DNA of 64,000 nucleotides from an uncultured Bacteroidales bacterium (GCA_963771005.1 CAVYRO010000008.1:197029-261028), one strand, 5' to 3'. Numbered from the stretch's first letter, positions 1-8,119 are shown. The notes: a model not told the origin generated them from the letters alone. Numbers and translations: made by a program.

Positions 1-714
1 ATAATCCGTATTTGTTTCTAAAAATTTAGAAATAGACTCAATACCTATTTTTGTTTTACCAACTCCTGGTGCTCCGGATAATATTATTAAATCTTCTGTT
101 TTCAAGTGATTCAATATTTCCTCAATCTCAGTTTTTCTATGAAGAAACTTATTGTCTAAAGGAGTCGAAAGTTGATTTTCTTTGTTATTGTACTCAGCAA
201 TAAATCTGTCAAATGGCAGTATTTGACCAGTATCAATTGGTATACCTAGGAAATCCTTAGAAAGTAAAATGTACTTTGAAATTATCTCTATTGCCAAAGT
301 ATCAATGCCAATAAGTTCAATCCTTACATTTTTCGAGTTTGCATATGTTTGAATTTGTGTCTCTTCTTCGACTGTCAACCGAGAATTAAAACAAACGATA
401 ATTTGATAAACAAGGTCAGCTGATATCCCTGTTTTAGCAGGGTCTGAACATTTATTAATGTCATCTGAAATTTTGGAAACTTTAGATTCAGCTTGTGTTG
501 TATACTCTATATATGCTAATTTATTATCTGAAAGACGTACAAAACTATCAGGAGTGCCTTGGATAGTCTTTTGTTTACCTAGTTGACTTCCTGTACGATT
601 GAAACTACTATATTCCGTTTCTCTTAAAATTAGATAAGCATCACAAAGATTCTGAAATCCAGCGGGGTCAATCGCGATTAACTTTTGTTCTATGAGTTGT
701 AATCTACCTGTCAT
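1..714 (-). CDS. P-loop NTPase, N-terminal 238 aa only (C-terminus lies beyond the window); N-terminal region of unknown, possibly nuclease-like, fold
   Basis: Manual reverse translation from ATG at 714-712: MTGRLQLIEQKL...HLKTEDLIILSGAPGVGKTKIGIESISKFLETNTDY. Walker A motif is GAPGVGKT. The frame is open to position 1. It is absent from the ORF track because it has no stop in the window. Confidence 0.65.
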   Translation of the reverse strand, partial: MTGRLQLIEQKLIAIDPAGFQNLCDAYLILRETEYSSFNRTGSQLGKQKTIQGTPDSFVRLSDNKLAYIEYTTQAESKVSKISDDINKCSDPAKTGISADLVYQIIVCFNSRLTVEEETQIQTYANSKNVRIELIGIDTLAIEIISKYILLSKDFLGIPIDTGQILPFDRFIAEYNNKENQLSTPLDNKFLHRKTEIEEILNHLKTEDLIILSGAPGVGKTKIGIESISKFLETNTDY

Positions 715-833
715 TTTGTAATCAATCAATTGTGTGATGGCAAAAATTTGGCTCTTTTACAAGCTGAAGCATCAGCAAGTGGGATAGAGCTTGTAAAAGT
801 GCCAAATGTGCGTCGGCTGATTTTTACAATGAA

Positions 834-969
834 TGCCAACGGTCACTTGTATGTGGTCGGGCGGGATTTCGAAGAGAAATCGTGTCAGACCCGCAGGAAA
901 GTGAACAGCAAAGGTCTGACTTGTCAGACCGCTAAAACCCCCGCCTGCCATATACAATTTGTTAGCACC
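834..969 (-). repeat. attC-like recombination site 0
   Basis: TGCCAAC (834-840) ... GTTAGCACC (961-969). Stems are TTGTATGTGG/CCATATACAA and GGGCGGG/CCCGCC. The loop contains GGGATTTCGAAG, which is shared with other sites. Confidence 0.75.
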
Positions 970-971
970 AG

Positions 972-1499
972 TTATTTTTTCTTAATATTCTCAAGTATTT
1001 TAACAACTTCATCGAATGTGTCAATTGAATAACTTACACCTATGACTTGACTAAATTCATTATCGTTTCTTTTTATAAAATAAATTCCGTCTGATTGTCG
1101 AAAACTTGCGCCATTGTCTTGTATATAGTAAAAGCGACCTTGAAGTTCATCTCCATTGAAAATATCCTTGAAACTATCAAGTCTACGATATGTGTCGGGA
1201 AGTGGTTTACTGATAGAATCTCCATAATTAAGAAAAAAAGTTTCTCCTGAAATGGCAAATACTACTTTGTTGTCTTTCCTTTGTTTTGAAAATTGAAAAC
1301 CTTCTTCATTGGGTTGTCGACCAAGTCCCACGTAAGTTTCGGGAAAAGAAATAGTCAGTTCATCATTTAGTTCTTCTTCTATCCAAGCAGTTGAGGATAA
1401 ATTATCATTGTCTTTCTTACAACTTTGAAATAATGTTGTTGCAATAATCAGAACAACTGTCAATAATATTGGAACTTCAATTTTTTTTGTTGGTTTCAT
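972..1499 (-). CDS. Small lipoprotein, unknown function (cassette cargo)
   Basis: 175-aa ORF. N-terminus MKPTKKIEVPILLTVVLIIATTLFQSCKKD has a signal peptide and lipobox Cys. Confidence 0.6.
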   Translation of the reverse strand: MKPTKKIEVPILLTVVLIIATTLFQSCKKDNDNLSSTAWIEEELNDELTISFPETYVGLGRQPNEEGFQFSKQRKDNKVVFAISGETFFLNYGDSISKPLPDTYRRLDSFKDIFNGDELQGRFYYIQDNGASFRQSDGIYFIKRNDNEFSQVIGVSYSIDTFDEVVKILENIKKK

Positions 1500-1556
1500 C
1501 TTGTTTTATTTTTTCATAAAAGATGATTCTTAACATATTTTGGTTGCGTCATAATT

Positions 1557-1689
1557 GGTGCTAACGTTTCGCGTATATGTGACGCAGCTACCTGCGACTG
1601 AGCTTTGTAAGCTAAAGATACATAATTTTTCAGAATTGTTTTATTCGAAGCTGTGATGGTAGCTGTGGCACATATACGCGGTTAGGCAC
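1557..1689 (-). repeat. attC-like recombination site 1
   Basis: GGTGCTAAC (1557-1565), GTTTC, GCGTATATGTGACGCAGCTACC ... GGTAGCTGTGGCACATATACGC, G, GTTAGGCAC (1681-1689). Confidence 0.8.
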
Positions 1690-1696
1690 TGGGCTT

Positions 1697-2401
1697 CTAT
1701 CCAAGTCTGATTATTTTTACTTTTCCGTTAGTATAGGTCAATTTTAATAATGTGTTGTTCTCAATATATGCTATATCGTTTAATGATCCAATACAAATTT
1801 TGATAGGAGTATTTTTTTCATTGGGAACAAATATTCTTAATTCATTTTGATGACTGAACTTCTCATGTTTTCGAAATATTCCAATTCGACCTGAATAATC
1901 ATTTGGATAATATGATACTCTACGAAATGCAACATCCTCATAGCCATTTTCGCTTAAGCTTTTAATTATTCGATTAATAAAGTCTTTTGGTTTATAAATT
2001 AGAATGATAGATTCTCCAAATGATTTTGTATCAAACTTTAATTCTTCACTCTCATCCAATAGGTGTTCACTAAAGATGCCACTCAGACAATAAATATTTC
2101 CTTTTTTCTCTGAATCATTAACCATCACGGCATTAGCTGCATTTAAAGCAATTCCATCTTTGTTAATGTCCTTTCCAACATCGCACATTCTAACTTTGAC
2201 ATCGCCTAGAAACAATCTGTTTGAAATTCCATCATTAGGATCGGTACGATCTTCATTTTGATCACATATTCTTATGTAATCAAGTGTATTAAAGTAAATC
2301 TCACCTTTATCATACAGAGATTTAATATGTTCTGGATTTCCTCTTCGATACAGGAAATATAGAGTATTATCCTCAATCCATACTGTATTATCTTTTGTCA
2401 T
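1697..2401 (-). CDS. Hypothetical protein (single-gene cassette)
   Basis: 234-aa intact ORF filling the space between two attC-like sites. I recognise no motif with confidence. Confidence 0.5.
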   Translation of the reverse strand: MTKDNTVWIEDNTLYFLYRRGNPEHIKSLYDKGEIYFNTLDYIRICDQNEDRTDPNDGISNRLFLGDVKVRMCDVGKDINKDGIALNAANAVMVNDSEKKGNIYCLSGIFSEHLLDESEELKFDTKSFGESIILIYKPKDFINRIIKSLSENGYEDVAFRRVSYYPNDYSGRIGIFRKHEKFSHQNELRIFVPNEKNTPIKICIGSLNDIAYIENNTLLKLTYTNGKVKIIRLG

Positions 2402-2432
2402 AAAATAATATTTTCGAAGGTTTCATAGCCTT

Positions 2433-2564
2433 GTGCCTAACGTACGAGGCTAAAAACCGGCGGTCAACAGTGCACCACCCCTTAACCTACTAAATTTATT
2501 TTTTTTTGCACTTTCCCCCGAAACTTCCTGTCGCACGCTGGTATTTTAGCCTTTGTTAGAGGCC
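2433..2564 (-). repeat. attC-like recombination site 2a (belongs to ORF-less cassette copy 1)
   Basis: GTGCCTAAC (2433-2441), GTACG, AGGCTAAAAACCGGCGG ... CGCTGGTATTTTAGCCT, TT, GTTAGAGGCC (2555-2564). Near-identical to site 6a. Confidence 0.8.
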
Positions 2565-2807
2565 GGTTGTATGCGCGCTGGCAGACTGCTGATCTACTTT
2601 CCGTTCCCTGTCAGCCCACTCCAACCCTTTGCATATTCCCGCCTTTACTCACTGCGAGCGATGGATAATTGAAAACAGAGCGAGCGGCCAACTGGCTTTT
2701 AAAATATTCTGCCCCAACCCTGAAGCACTAACCTTATTTACCCTTCCGTATGCCCGCAAACCGTGCGTGGGGTAGGATGTGCCTCATGATAAGGATTTTA
2801 CTCAACT
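2565..2807 (-). other. ORF-less cassette body, copy 1 (candidate noncoding RNA or regulatory cassette)
   Basis: About 243 bp with no ORF of 60 aa or more on any frame. It is GC-richer than neighbouring cassette genes, bounded by attC-like sites 2a and 2b, and repeated at 7033-7275. Confidence 0.6.
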
Positions 2808-2940
2808 GGCCTCTAACGTTTGACAATATGGCCAGTAAGGGATAGCGGGTGATTTCTTATCACGATACACGAAAAGTTGAAGCGTGCTACAAACCTTCGC
2901 AAACCACCGAAACCCTTATTGGCTATATTGTGTGTTGGCA
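2808..2940 (-). repeat. attC-like recombination site 2b
   Basis: GGCCTCTAAC (2808-2817), GTTTG, ACAATATGGCCAGTAAGGG ... CCCTTATTGGCTATATTGT, GT, GTTGGCA (2934-2940). It overlaps the last codons of the radical SAM ORF. Confidence 0.8.
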
Positions 2941-4000
2941 TTTCGTTGCTTTTTCTATTTTCTCATTATAGCAAACTAATACATTTTTCTTATCTCCATG
3001 CCAATTATGAAATCCATTTCCCTGGCAATCTTTAAATTTTTTGCAAGATTCACATTGACCAACTCTTGTCCAATCCCTATTTCGAAATGGTTGAAATTTG
3101 TTTTCCCAAACCTCATAAAAATTATCCGTATAAATATTTCCTTGAGAAAAAGTCCTATCAATATTGGGACAGGCAGAAATTGAACCATCAATAAGAATTG
3201 AGCCGATATTAATCCCGGCTCTGCAAAAAAAGTATGAATCCCTTACCAATGGCTCATATTTTCCTACATATCCTTCACAACTAAATTTTACATCAATTTC
3301 TTTGGATTTTCGGCTCTCTGCTATAAAATCCATTAATTGAACAAATTGATTGTTAGTTAACAATAATTCTGGATTATGAGCAGCTCTCCCGATAGGAATA
3401 ATTGTAAATAATCTCCATGCCTTGACATTTTTCGAAATTAACAATTCACTAATCTGTTCAAGTTCATTGATATTCTTTTGATTTACACAAGTTACAATAT
3501 CGAAGTTAATTCGATTGGAAGTTGATGCCAATTCAATTGCCTTTATTACTTTATCGAAACTCTTTTCATTATTTCTCAACCAATTATGAGATTCCTTTAG
3601 GCCGTCTAAACTGATTGTTAATGCACCCATTCCAGCATTTAGCAATGAAATATGTCTCTGCTTATCGTATAAATGACCGTTTGAAACTATCGACCATTTA
3701 AAACCATCGTTTTCGCAATTCTTTTCCACAAAGTTCTAAGTCCTTTCGTAAAAGAGGTTCTCCTCCTGTAAATACAATGGTGAAATTTTGTGGTATGCTT
3801 TTTATTGAATCAACTGCCTTAAAAAGAACTTCTGCTGGCATATCTTTATGCATACTATTTTTTGAGCAATCACTCCCGCAATGCAAACAATTCAGATTAC
3901 ATCGTGTAGTACACTCCCAAAATAAGTAATTCAGTTCGTGAAGTTTTATTTCCGAATCTCTAAATTTTCTGAAACTATATTTTTTAAATTTAGTGAGCAT
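2923..4000 (-). CDS. Radical SAM / SPASM-domain enzyme, split by one frameshift near 3700-3730
   Basis: ORF 3698-4000 carries the CxxxCxxC cluster (CNLNCLHC) and GGEPLL. ORF 2923-3729 continues the fold and ends with Cys-rich SPASM-like segments (FFCRAG...SACPN, GQCESCKKFKDCQGNG). The break lies in an A-rich run. Confidence 0.75.
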
Positions 4001-4366
4001 CTATTTTTCTTCCATGGCTATATCTAAGAATACTTTTTTGCTTAAATCGGTCAACACAGTATCCTTTTCAATATAAAGTCCGTTTTGTGTAGAATCAATA
4101 TCTTGAAATTGGAGGGTTAATTCTTCAAGCATTTCTGTATAAAACGAAAACTTACCTTCATCATTTGTTAACTCATATTGCATATTTTCGGCAATAGAAA
4201 CTTTAATTCCCTTAATTGGTAATCCTGAGGTCTTAGATTTTACTTGTCCTTCAAGTAATAAATCCGGTTTAATATCCTGAGGTGTTCCATAACATGCTTG
4301 AAAAACAAACAATGCTGATGTTAAACTTAACCCTCCGACTATTTTTCTAAGCAAATTTCTTTTCAT
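4001..4366 (-). CDS. Small lipoprotein with carboxypeptidase-regulatory-like beta-sandwich, partner of the radical SAM enzyme
   Basis: Likely start at ATG 4366-4364: MKRNLLRKIVGGLSLTSALFVFQACYG, with a lipobox. The LLLEGQVKSKTSGLPIKGIKVSI...NDEGKFSF pattern is present. Its stop abuts the radical SAM start at 4000. The longer track ORF (to 4537) runs through the attC-like site. Confidence 0.6.
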   Translation of the reverse strand: MKRNLLRKIVGGLSLTSALFVFQACYGTPQDIKPDLLLEGQVKSKTSGLPIKGIKVSIAENMQYELTNDEGKFSFYTEMLEELTLQFQDIDSTQNGLYIEKDTVLTDLSKKVFLDIAMEEK

Positions 4367-4425
4367 GTTTTTCTTTTTATTATCTTGATGATTTTCAAGG
4401 TTAGCAGGTTGTTTCCTGCAATGAA

Positions 4426-4553
4426 TGCCAACGTTTCGCGTATATGTTGCGTACCGTTTACGACAAACGTCGTAAACACGGTTAAGCATAAATTTACGAG
4501 AAATTATTGTAAAGACCGAGGACCCGGTATGCAACATATACGCTGTTAGGCAC
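4426..4553 (-). repeat. attC-like recombination site 3
   Basis: TGCCAAC (4426-4432), GTTTC, GCGTATATGTTGCGTACCG ... CGGTATGCAACATATACGC, T, GTTAGGCAC (4545-4553). Confidence 0.8.
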
Positions 4554-4558
4554 AGGTT

Positions 4559-4861
4559 TTATTTATTTAAAGTGATGTCATAAATTAATAGTATTACTAA
4601 CCAAGTAACTGGCGAAAGAATAAGACTGAATAATACATATCTATAGATTCGTAAATGCTTTTTATAATCGATTTTTTCTTTTTTAGATCTTTCCAATTCA
4701 GTATATAGAAATCTAAGAGCTTCAAAAATAGGTTCTGCAAAATGACGATATGTATAGTTGAATTTAGATTTTAAGTAATTCCTTAAAATATAACTACTTG
4801 CTATCATATTTATTAATGATGTCACGAAAAGAAATACAAATATCTTATCCACTAAATTCAT
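4559..4861 (-). CDS. Small membrane protein, unknown function (single-gene cassette)
   Basis: 100-aa ORF with hydrophobic segments at both ends (IFVFLFVTSLINMIASSYIL; YVLFSLILSPVTWLVILLIY). Confidence 0.5.
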   Translation of the reverse strand: MNLVDKIFVFLFVTSLINMIASSYILRNYLKSKFNYTYRHFAEPIFEALRFLYTELERSKKEKIDYKKHLRIYRYVLFSLILSPVTWLVILLIYDITLNK

Positions 4862-4878
4862 CTTAGTTTCTCAAACTT

Positions 4879-5016
4879 GTGCCTAACGTGCGGCGGTTAC
4901 CGTATTTGCCGGCATTCGGAGACGAAAACTTTCATCCGAAATTACTGCCGATTAAATGCTCAAACCTCTAAATACTCAAAAAACCAGGCAATTACGGTTA
5001 CCGCATGTTGTAGGGC
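4879..5016 (-). repeat. attC-like recombination site 4
   Basis: GTGCCTAAC (4879-4887) ... GGCAATTACGGTTACCGCAT, GTTGTAGGGC (5007-5016). Stems are GCGG..TTACCGTA..TTGCC / GGCAA..TACGGTTA..CCGC. Confidence 0.75.
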
Positions 5017-5020
5017 GTAG

Positions 5021-5998
5021 TTATTCATACGCTTTAAATTGTCTCTCCATAAATCCCTTTATATATTTCTCTTGGTCTCTACTATATTTAATTCTTCCAT
5101 CTTTTGTCTCAATCTCTTTCCAACATTTAATATCACTGTAATTAAATTCGGTATCAGGAATCCTATGAATGATAAATTCTGTCTCATAAATTTTAGGCTC
5201 CATATTTTCATATTGCACTGTATCAAATCCATATAAGCGAATTGTATTTAAATCAACCTTATCAATTGACATTCTGAATTTTTCGTCGTTGTATCGAGTT
5301 ATTAGCAAATCCCTAATTACTATATCGTATCTAACAGGTATTCCTTTTCCTATTATAGATGAATACTGATAAATCGAATCATTAAGAAAAAGGTATTCTG
5401 TATAAGTACTATCAGCAGTGCTGTACCAATTTCCAATCAAGGTATCTGCAAGACTATTAAACTCTCTATTCGCAACTTTCTTTAGATCGAAATTATAGCA
5501 TTCAATATAGTTTCTTCTTGGTCGAGGTGGTTGTTTTACAAGAGGACTATCTAACTTAAGAATTTTGTCATAATCATTATGTTTTACTTTTTTATTCTCC
5601 AATTGCCAGCTTTCATTCGTTTTTTTGAAGCTAATTGAGCCAGATACATATATAAAATTTTCCAGTTCTTGCCAAGAGTTAATACAAAATCCATAATCAA
5701 TATTATTGGATGAGTAATCAAGTCTTATAGTTTCAAACCAAAATTTCGCACCCCAAAAAAATAAGTCCTCTTTTGACTTTGTAAAAATTAACCTTACGGA
5801 ACTAATAATTGTATCAGAAATATTAAATGGTAATCCATTTGAATTAATAAAAAGAGTATCAATCTCTCCGCTCGATAGAATTGAAGATTCTTTAATTGTC
5901 TCAATTGTTAATAAAACATAATCATCTGGATTAATCTGTTTTGTAAATCCATGAAAACTAAAGAATGTCAAAATTATCAGTAAAGAATATATCTTCAT
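5021..5998 (-). CDS. Exported protein, unknown function (single-gene cassette)
   Basis: 325-aa intact ORF with N-terminal signal-like MKIYSLLIILTFFSFHGF. Confidence 0.5.
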   Translation of the reverse strand: MKIYSLLIILTFFSFHGFTKQINPDDYVLLTIETIKESSILSSGEIDTLFINSNGLPFNISDTIISSVRLIFTKSKEDLFFWGAKFWFETIRLDYSSNNIDYGFCINSWQELENFIYVSGSISFKKTNESWQLENKKVKHNDYDKILKLDSPLVKQPPRPRRNYIECYNFDLKKVANREFNSLADTLIGNWYSTADSTYTEYLFLNDSIYQYSSIIGKGIPVRYDIVIRDLLITRYNDEKFRMSIDKVDLNTIRLYGFDTVQYENMEPKIYETEFIIHRIPDTEFNYSDIKCWKEIETKDGRIKYSRDQEKYIKGFMERQFKAYE

Positions 5999-6034
5999 TT
6001 ATATGTTATTTTTATGCAGGATGCTCTTCACTAT

Positions 6035-6171
6035 GCCCTACAACGTATGGCAATATGCGGAGGCCGGGATTTCGAAGCTCCAACTTATCAAACCGTTACA
6101 ATTTTGAGTAAATGTACAAAAGTTTAAAATACCCACATCCCCCGGCTTACGTATATTGCGTGTTGTGTTGC
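6035..6171 (-). repeat. attC-like recombination site 5
   Basis: GCCCTACAAC (6035-6044), GTATG, GCAATATGCGGAGGCCGGG ... CCCCCGGCTTACGTATATTGC, GT, GTTGTGTTGC (6162-6171). Confidence 0.8.
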
Positions 6172-6179
6172 GTATTTTA

Positions 6180-6869
6180 TCATCCATTCTCTTTTATAGC
6201 TCTATTTATCAATTTTGAAATCTTTCTCATCTTTGATTTTCGTCCTTTAATCAACGGTGTATCGCCCTGTTTTCCAATCAAAACGACAAAATATTCGCGA
6301 TAAAATAATCCATAAATGCCAAATAATAATAAAAAGATTCCAATAAAAAATGTTATTGTTATTATCCCGATAATAATCATCACAATACCGATAAAAACAA
6401 AGCTAGAGTTGTCATCCTTTCTTATTGTTGAATTATCAAAGTCAGTTAATTCATAACTTCTCCCACCACAGTTTACATATAATCCATTTAGTACTAAATC
6501 CTTGCTCGTATAAAATATTTTTTTCCGTTTATTCTTCTCTTTTTGTTTTTTTTCTTTTTCCTTTCGTTCAAGTTCATTCAATAAATCATTAACTGAAGAA
6601 TTTCTATAACCACTTTGATTATAGCTCGAACTTGAATTTGAGGAAAAGTAATCTGATGAATTAAATTTTGAATCAAATTGTGCTCTCTTATTATCATCTA
6701 TCAGAATGTCATAAGCTTCCTTAATTTCCTTAAATCGATCTTCAAAGAATTTATCACTATTTTGTTTATCGGGATGAAATTTTGTAGCATAAATTCTATA
6801 TGCTTTTTTAATATCATCCTTTGAGCATTCTGGTAATAATCCAAGTATTTGATAATAATTTTTCAGCAT
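6180..6869 (-). CDS. J-domain (DnaJ-like) protein with C-terminal transmembrane segments
   Basis: N-terminus NYYQILGLLPECSKDDIKKAYRIYATKFHPDKQ carries the J-domain HPD motif. There is a Lys/Glu-rich linker and C-terminal hydrophobic stretches (FVFIGIVMIIIGIITITFFIGIFLLLFGIYGLF). Confidence 0.7.
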   Translation of the reverse strand: MLKNYYQILGLLPECSKDDIKKAYRIYATKFHPDKQNSDKFFEDRFKEIKEAYDILIDDNKRAQFDSKFNSSDYFSSNSSSSYNQSGYRNSSVNDLLNELERKEKEKKQKEKNKRKKIFYTSKDLVLNGLYVNCGGRSYELTDFDNSTIRKDDNSSFVFIGIVMIIIGIITITFFIGIFLLLFGIYGLFYREYFVVLIGKQGDTPLIKGRKSKMRKISKLINRAIKENG

Positions 6870-6900
6870 TTGGCTATTGTATCTGTCGTTCTCCTAATAT

Positions 6901-7032
6901 GCAACACAACGTACGAGGCTAAAAACCGGCGGTCAACAGTGCACCACCCTTTAACCCACTAATTTTATTTTTTTTGCACTATCCCCCGAAACTTCCTGTC
7001 GCACGCTGGTATTTTAGCCTTTGTTAGAGGCC
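6901..7032 (-). repeat. attC-like recombination site 6a (belongs to ORF-less cassette copy 2)
   Basis: GCAACACAAC (6901-6910), then sequence near-identical to site 2a, ending GTTAGAGGCC (7023-7032). Confidence 0.8.
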
Positions 7033-7275
7033 GGTTGTATGCGCGCTGGCTGATTGCTGATTTACTTTCCGTTCCCTGTCAGCCCGCTACAACCCTTTGC
7101 ACATTCCCGCCTTTACTCACTGCGAGCGATGGATAATTGAAAACAGAGCGATCGGCCACCTGGCTTTCAAAACATTCTGCCCTAACCATCAACCACTAAC
7201 CTCATTTACCCTTCCGTATGTCCGCAAACCGTGCGTTGGGTAGGCTGTGCCTCACGATAAGGATTTTACTCAACT
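7033..7275 (-). other. ORF-less cassette body, copy 2
   Basis: Aligns with 2565-2807 along its whole length with scattered substitutions. No ORF of 60 aa or more. Confidence 0.6.
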
Positions 7276-7410
7276 GGCCTCTAACGCTCGCAGCTAGGCC
7301 CAGTGCGGGCTTTCGAAGCGATTTCTGTCAAACGAGTAAAAAGTTAATTTGAAAAAATGACATTTGCAAACCACTGAGCTGCCCGCATTGGGTTTAGCTG
7401 TTGTTAGCAA
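7276..7410 (-). repeat. attC-like recombination site 6b
   Basis: GGCCTCTAAC (7276-7285), GCTCG, CAGCTAGGCCCAGTGCGGGC ... GCCCGCATTGGGTTTAGCTG, TT, GTTAGCAA (7403-7410). Confidence 0.8.
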
Positions 7411-7417
7411 CTGGCCG

Positions 7418-7750
7418 CTATTCCATCAGTCCCTTTACTTCAAGGTAAAGTGGTGACAACTCTTTTTTTATGATTGCCCAAATCATCGAAGAGTCTACTG
7501 CATCGTAAGCATGTATGATACGATTTCGAAATCCAACAATTTTCCGGGCGTTGAATAGACTTATTTCAGGATGAATCAGGTCGAATTTGTTTACAGCTTC
7601 TCCGATTATTCCTAATTGTCTTTCAACGGCACTTTGAGTTTTCAGATCTTTTACATAATCTGTAAATGAGGAAATGTTGGATGTGAAGTCCTCAATTAAT
7701 TCAATAGCATGAATGATATCATCCAGGTATTTTAACCCCTTTTCCGTCAT
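7418..7750 (-). CDS. hepT: HEPN-domain toxin (DUF86/HepT family) of a HEPN-MNT toxin-antitoxin pair
   Basis: 110-aa ORF with the Rx4-6H HEPN motif (FRNRIIHAYD). It overlaps the 3' end of the upstream nucleotidyltransferase gene. Confidence 0.8.
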   Translation of the reverse strand: MTEKGLKYLDDIIHAIELIEDFTSNISSFTDYVKDLKTQSAVERQLGIIGEAVNKFDLIHPEISLFNARKIVGFRNRIIHAYDAVDSSMIWAIIKKELSPLYLEVKGLME

Positions 7751-8054
7751 AGATTAAAACTTTAGATGAATCAATGCTTTTTCTAAGATATGGGTTTCGA
7801 ATGGATGAATCAGTCAATAAATCGACCTTGGTATGAAAAAACAGTTCAAATGTGTCCCACAAAGAAATTAATTTCTCACCTCTTTCGATTGGATCAGAAG
7901 CGTCAATTTCCACAAGCAAATCAATATCACTTTTTTCTTTATCGAATTTATCAGTCGTCGATGAACCAAAAGCATACAAGTATTTAACATTATGAATTTT
8001 ACACAAATTCAAGAAGTTAATTCTGTCTTTTAATATCTTTTCTCGAATAACCAT
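7719..8054 (-). CDS. mntA: Minimal nucleotidyltransferase (MNT) antitoxin
   Basis: Start taken at ATG 8054-8052 (MVIREKILKD...). The NTase signature is YAFGSSTTDKFDKEKSDIDLLV (GS ... DxD). Confidence 0.75.
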   Translation of the reverse strand: MVIREKILKDRINFLNLCKIHNVKYLYAFGSSTTDKFDKEKSDIDLLVEIDASDPIERGEKLISLWDTFELFFHTKVDLLTDSSIRNPYLRKSIDSSKVLIYDGKGVKIPG

Positions 8055-8119
8055 AAAGCAAAGATAACTGATTTTAAGCAATTGTCAATTTCGTTTATAG
8101 TTTGTTGGTTCTCGGCTGG

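Noticed and set aside
730-1032. Plus-strand track ORFs that span intergenic palindromes: 730-1032, 6112-6303, 8102-8362, 11454-11675, 20553-20768, 22942-23190, 22986-23171, 25283-25492 and 26185-26511.
   Set aside because: Each is centred on an attC-like site or lies antisense to a better-supported minus-strand gene. They are GC-rich repeat read-through, and their products have no motifs.
2923-4000. The radical SAM/SPASM gene as the anaerobic sulfatase-maturating enzyme for the four sulfatases in the PUL.
   Set aside because: It sits 36 kb away inside an AT-rich mobile cassette and is tightly coupled to a small lipoprotein gene. I could not recognise anSME-specific features. The link would be coincidence-based.
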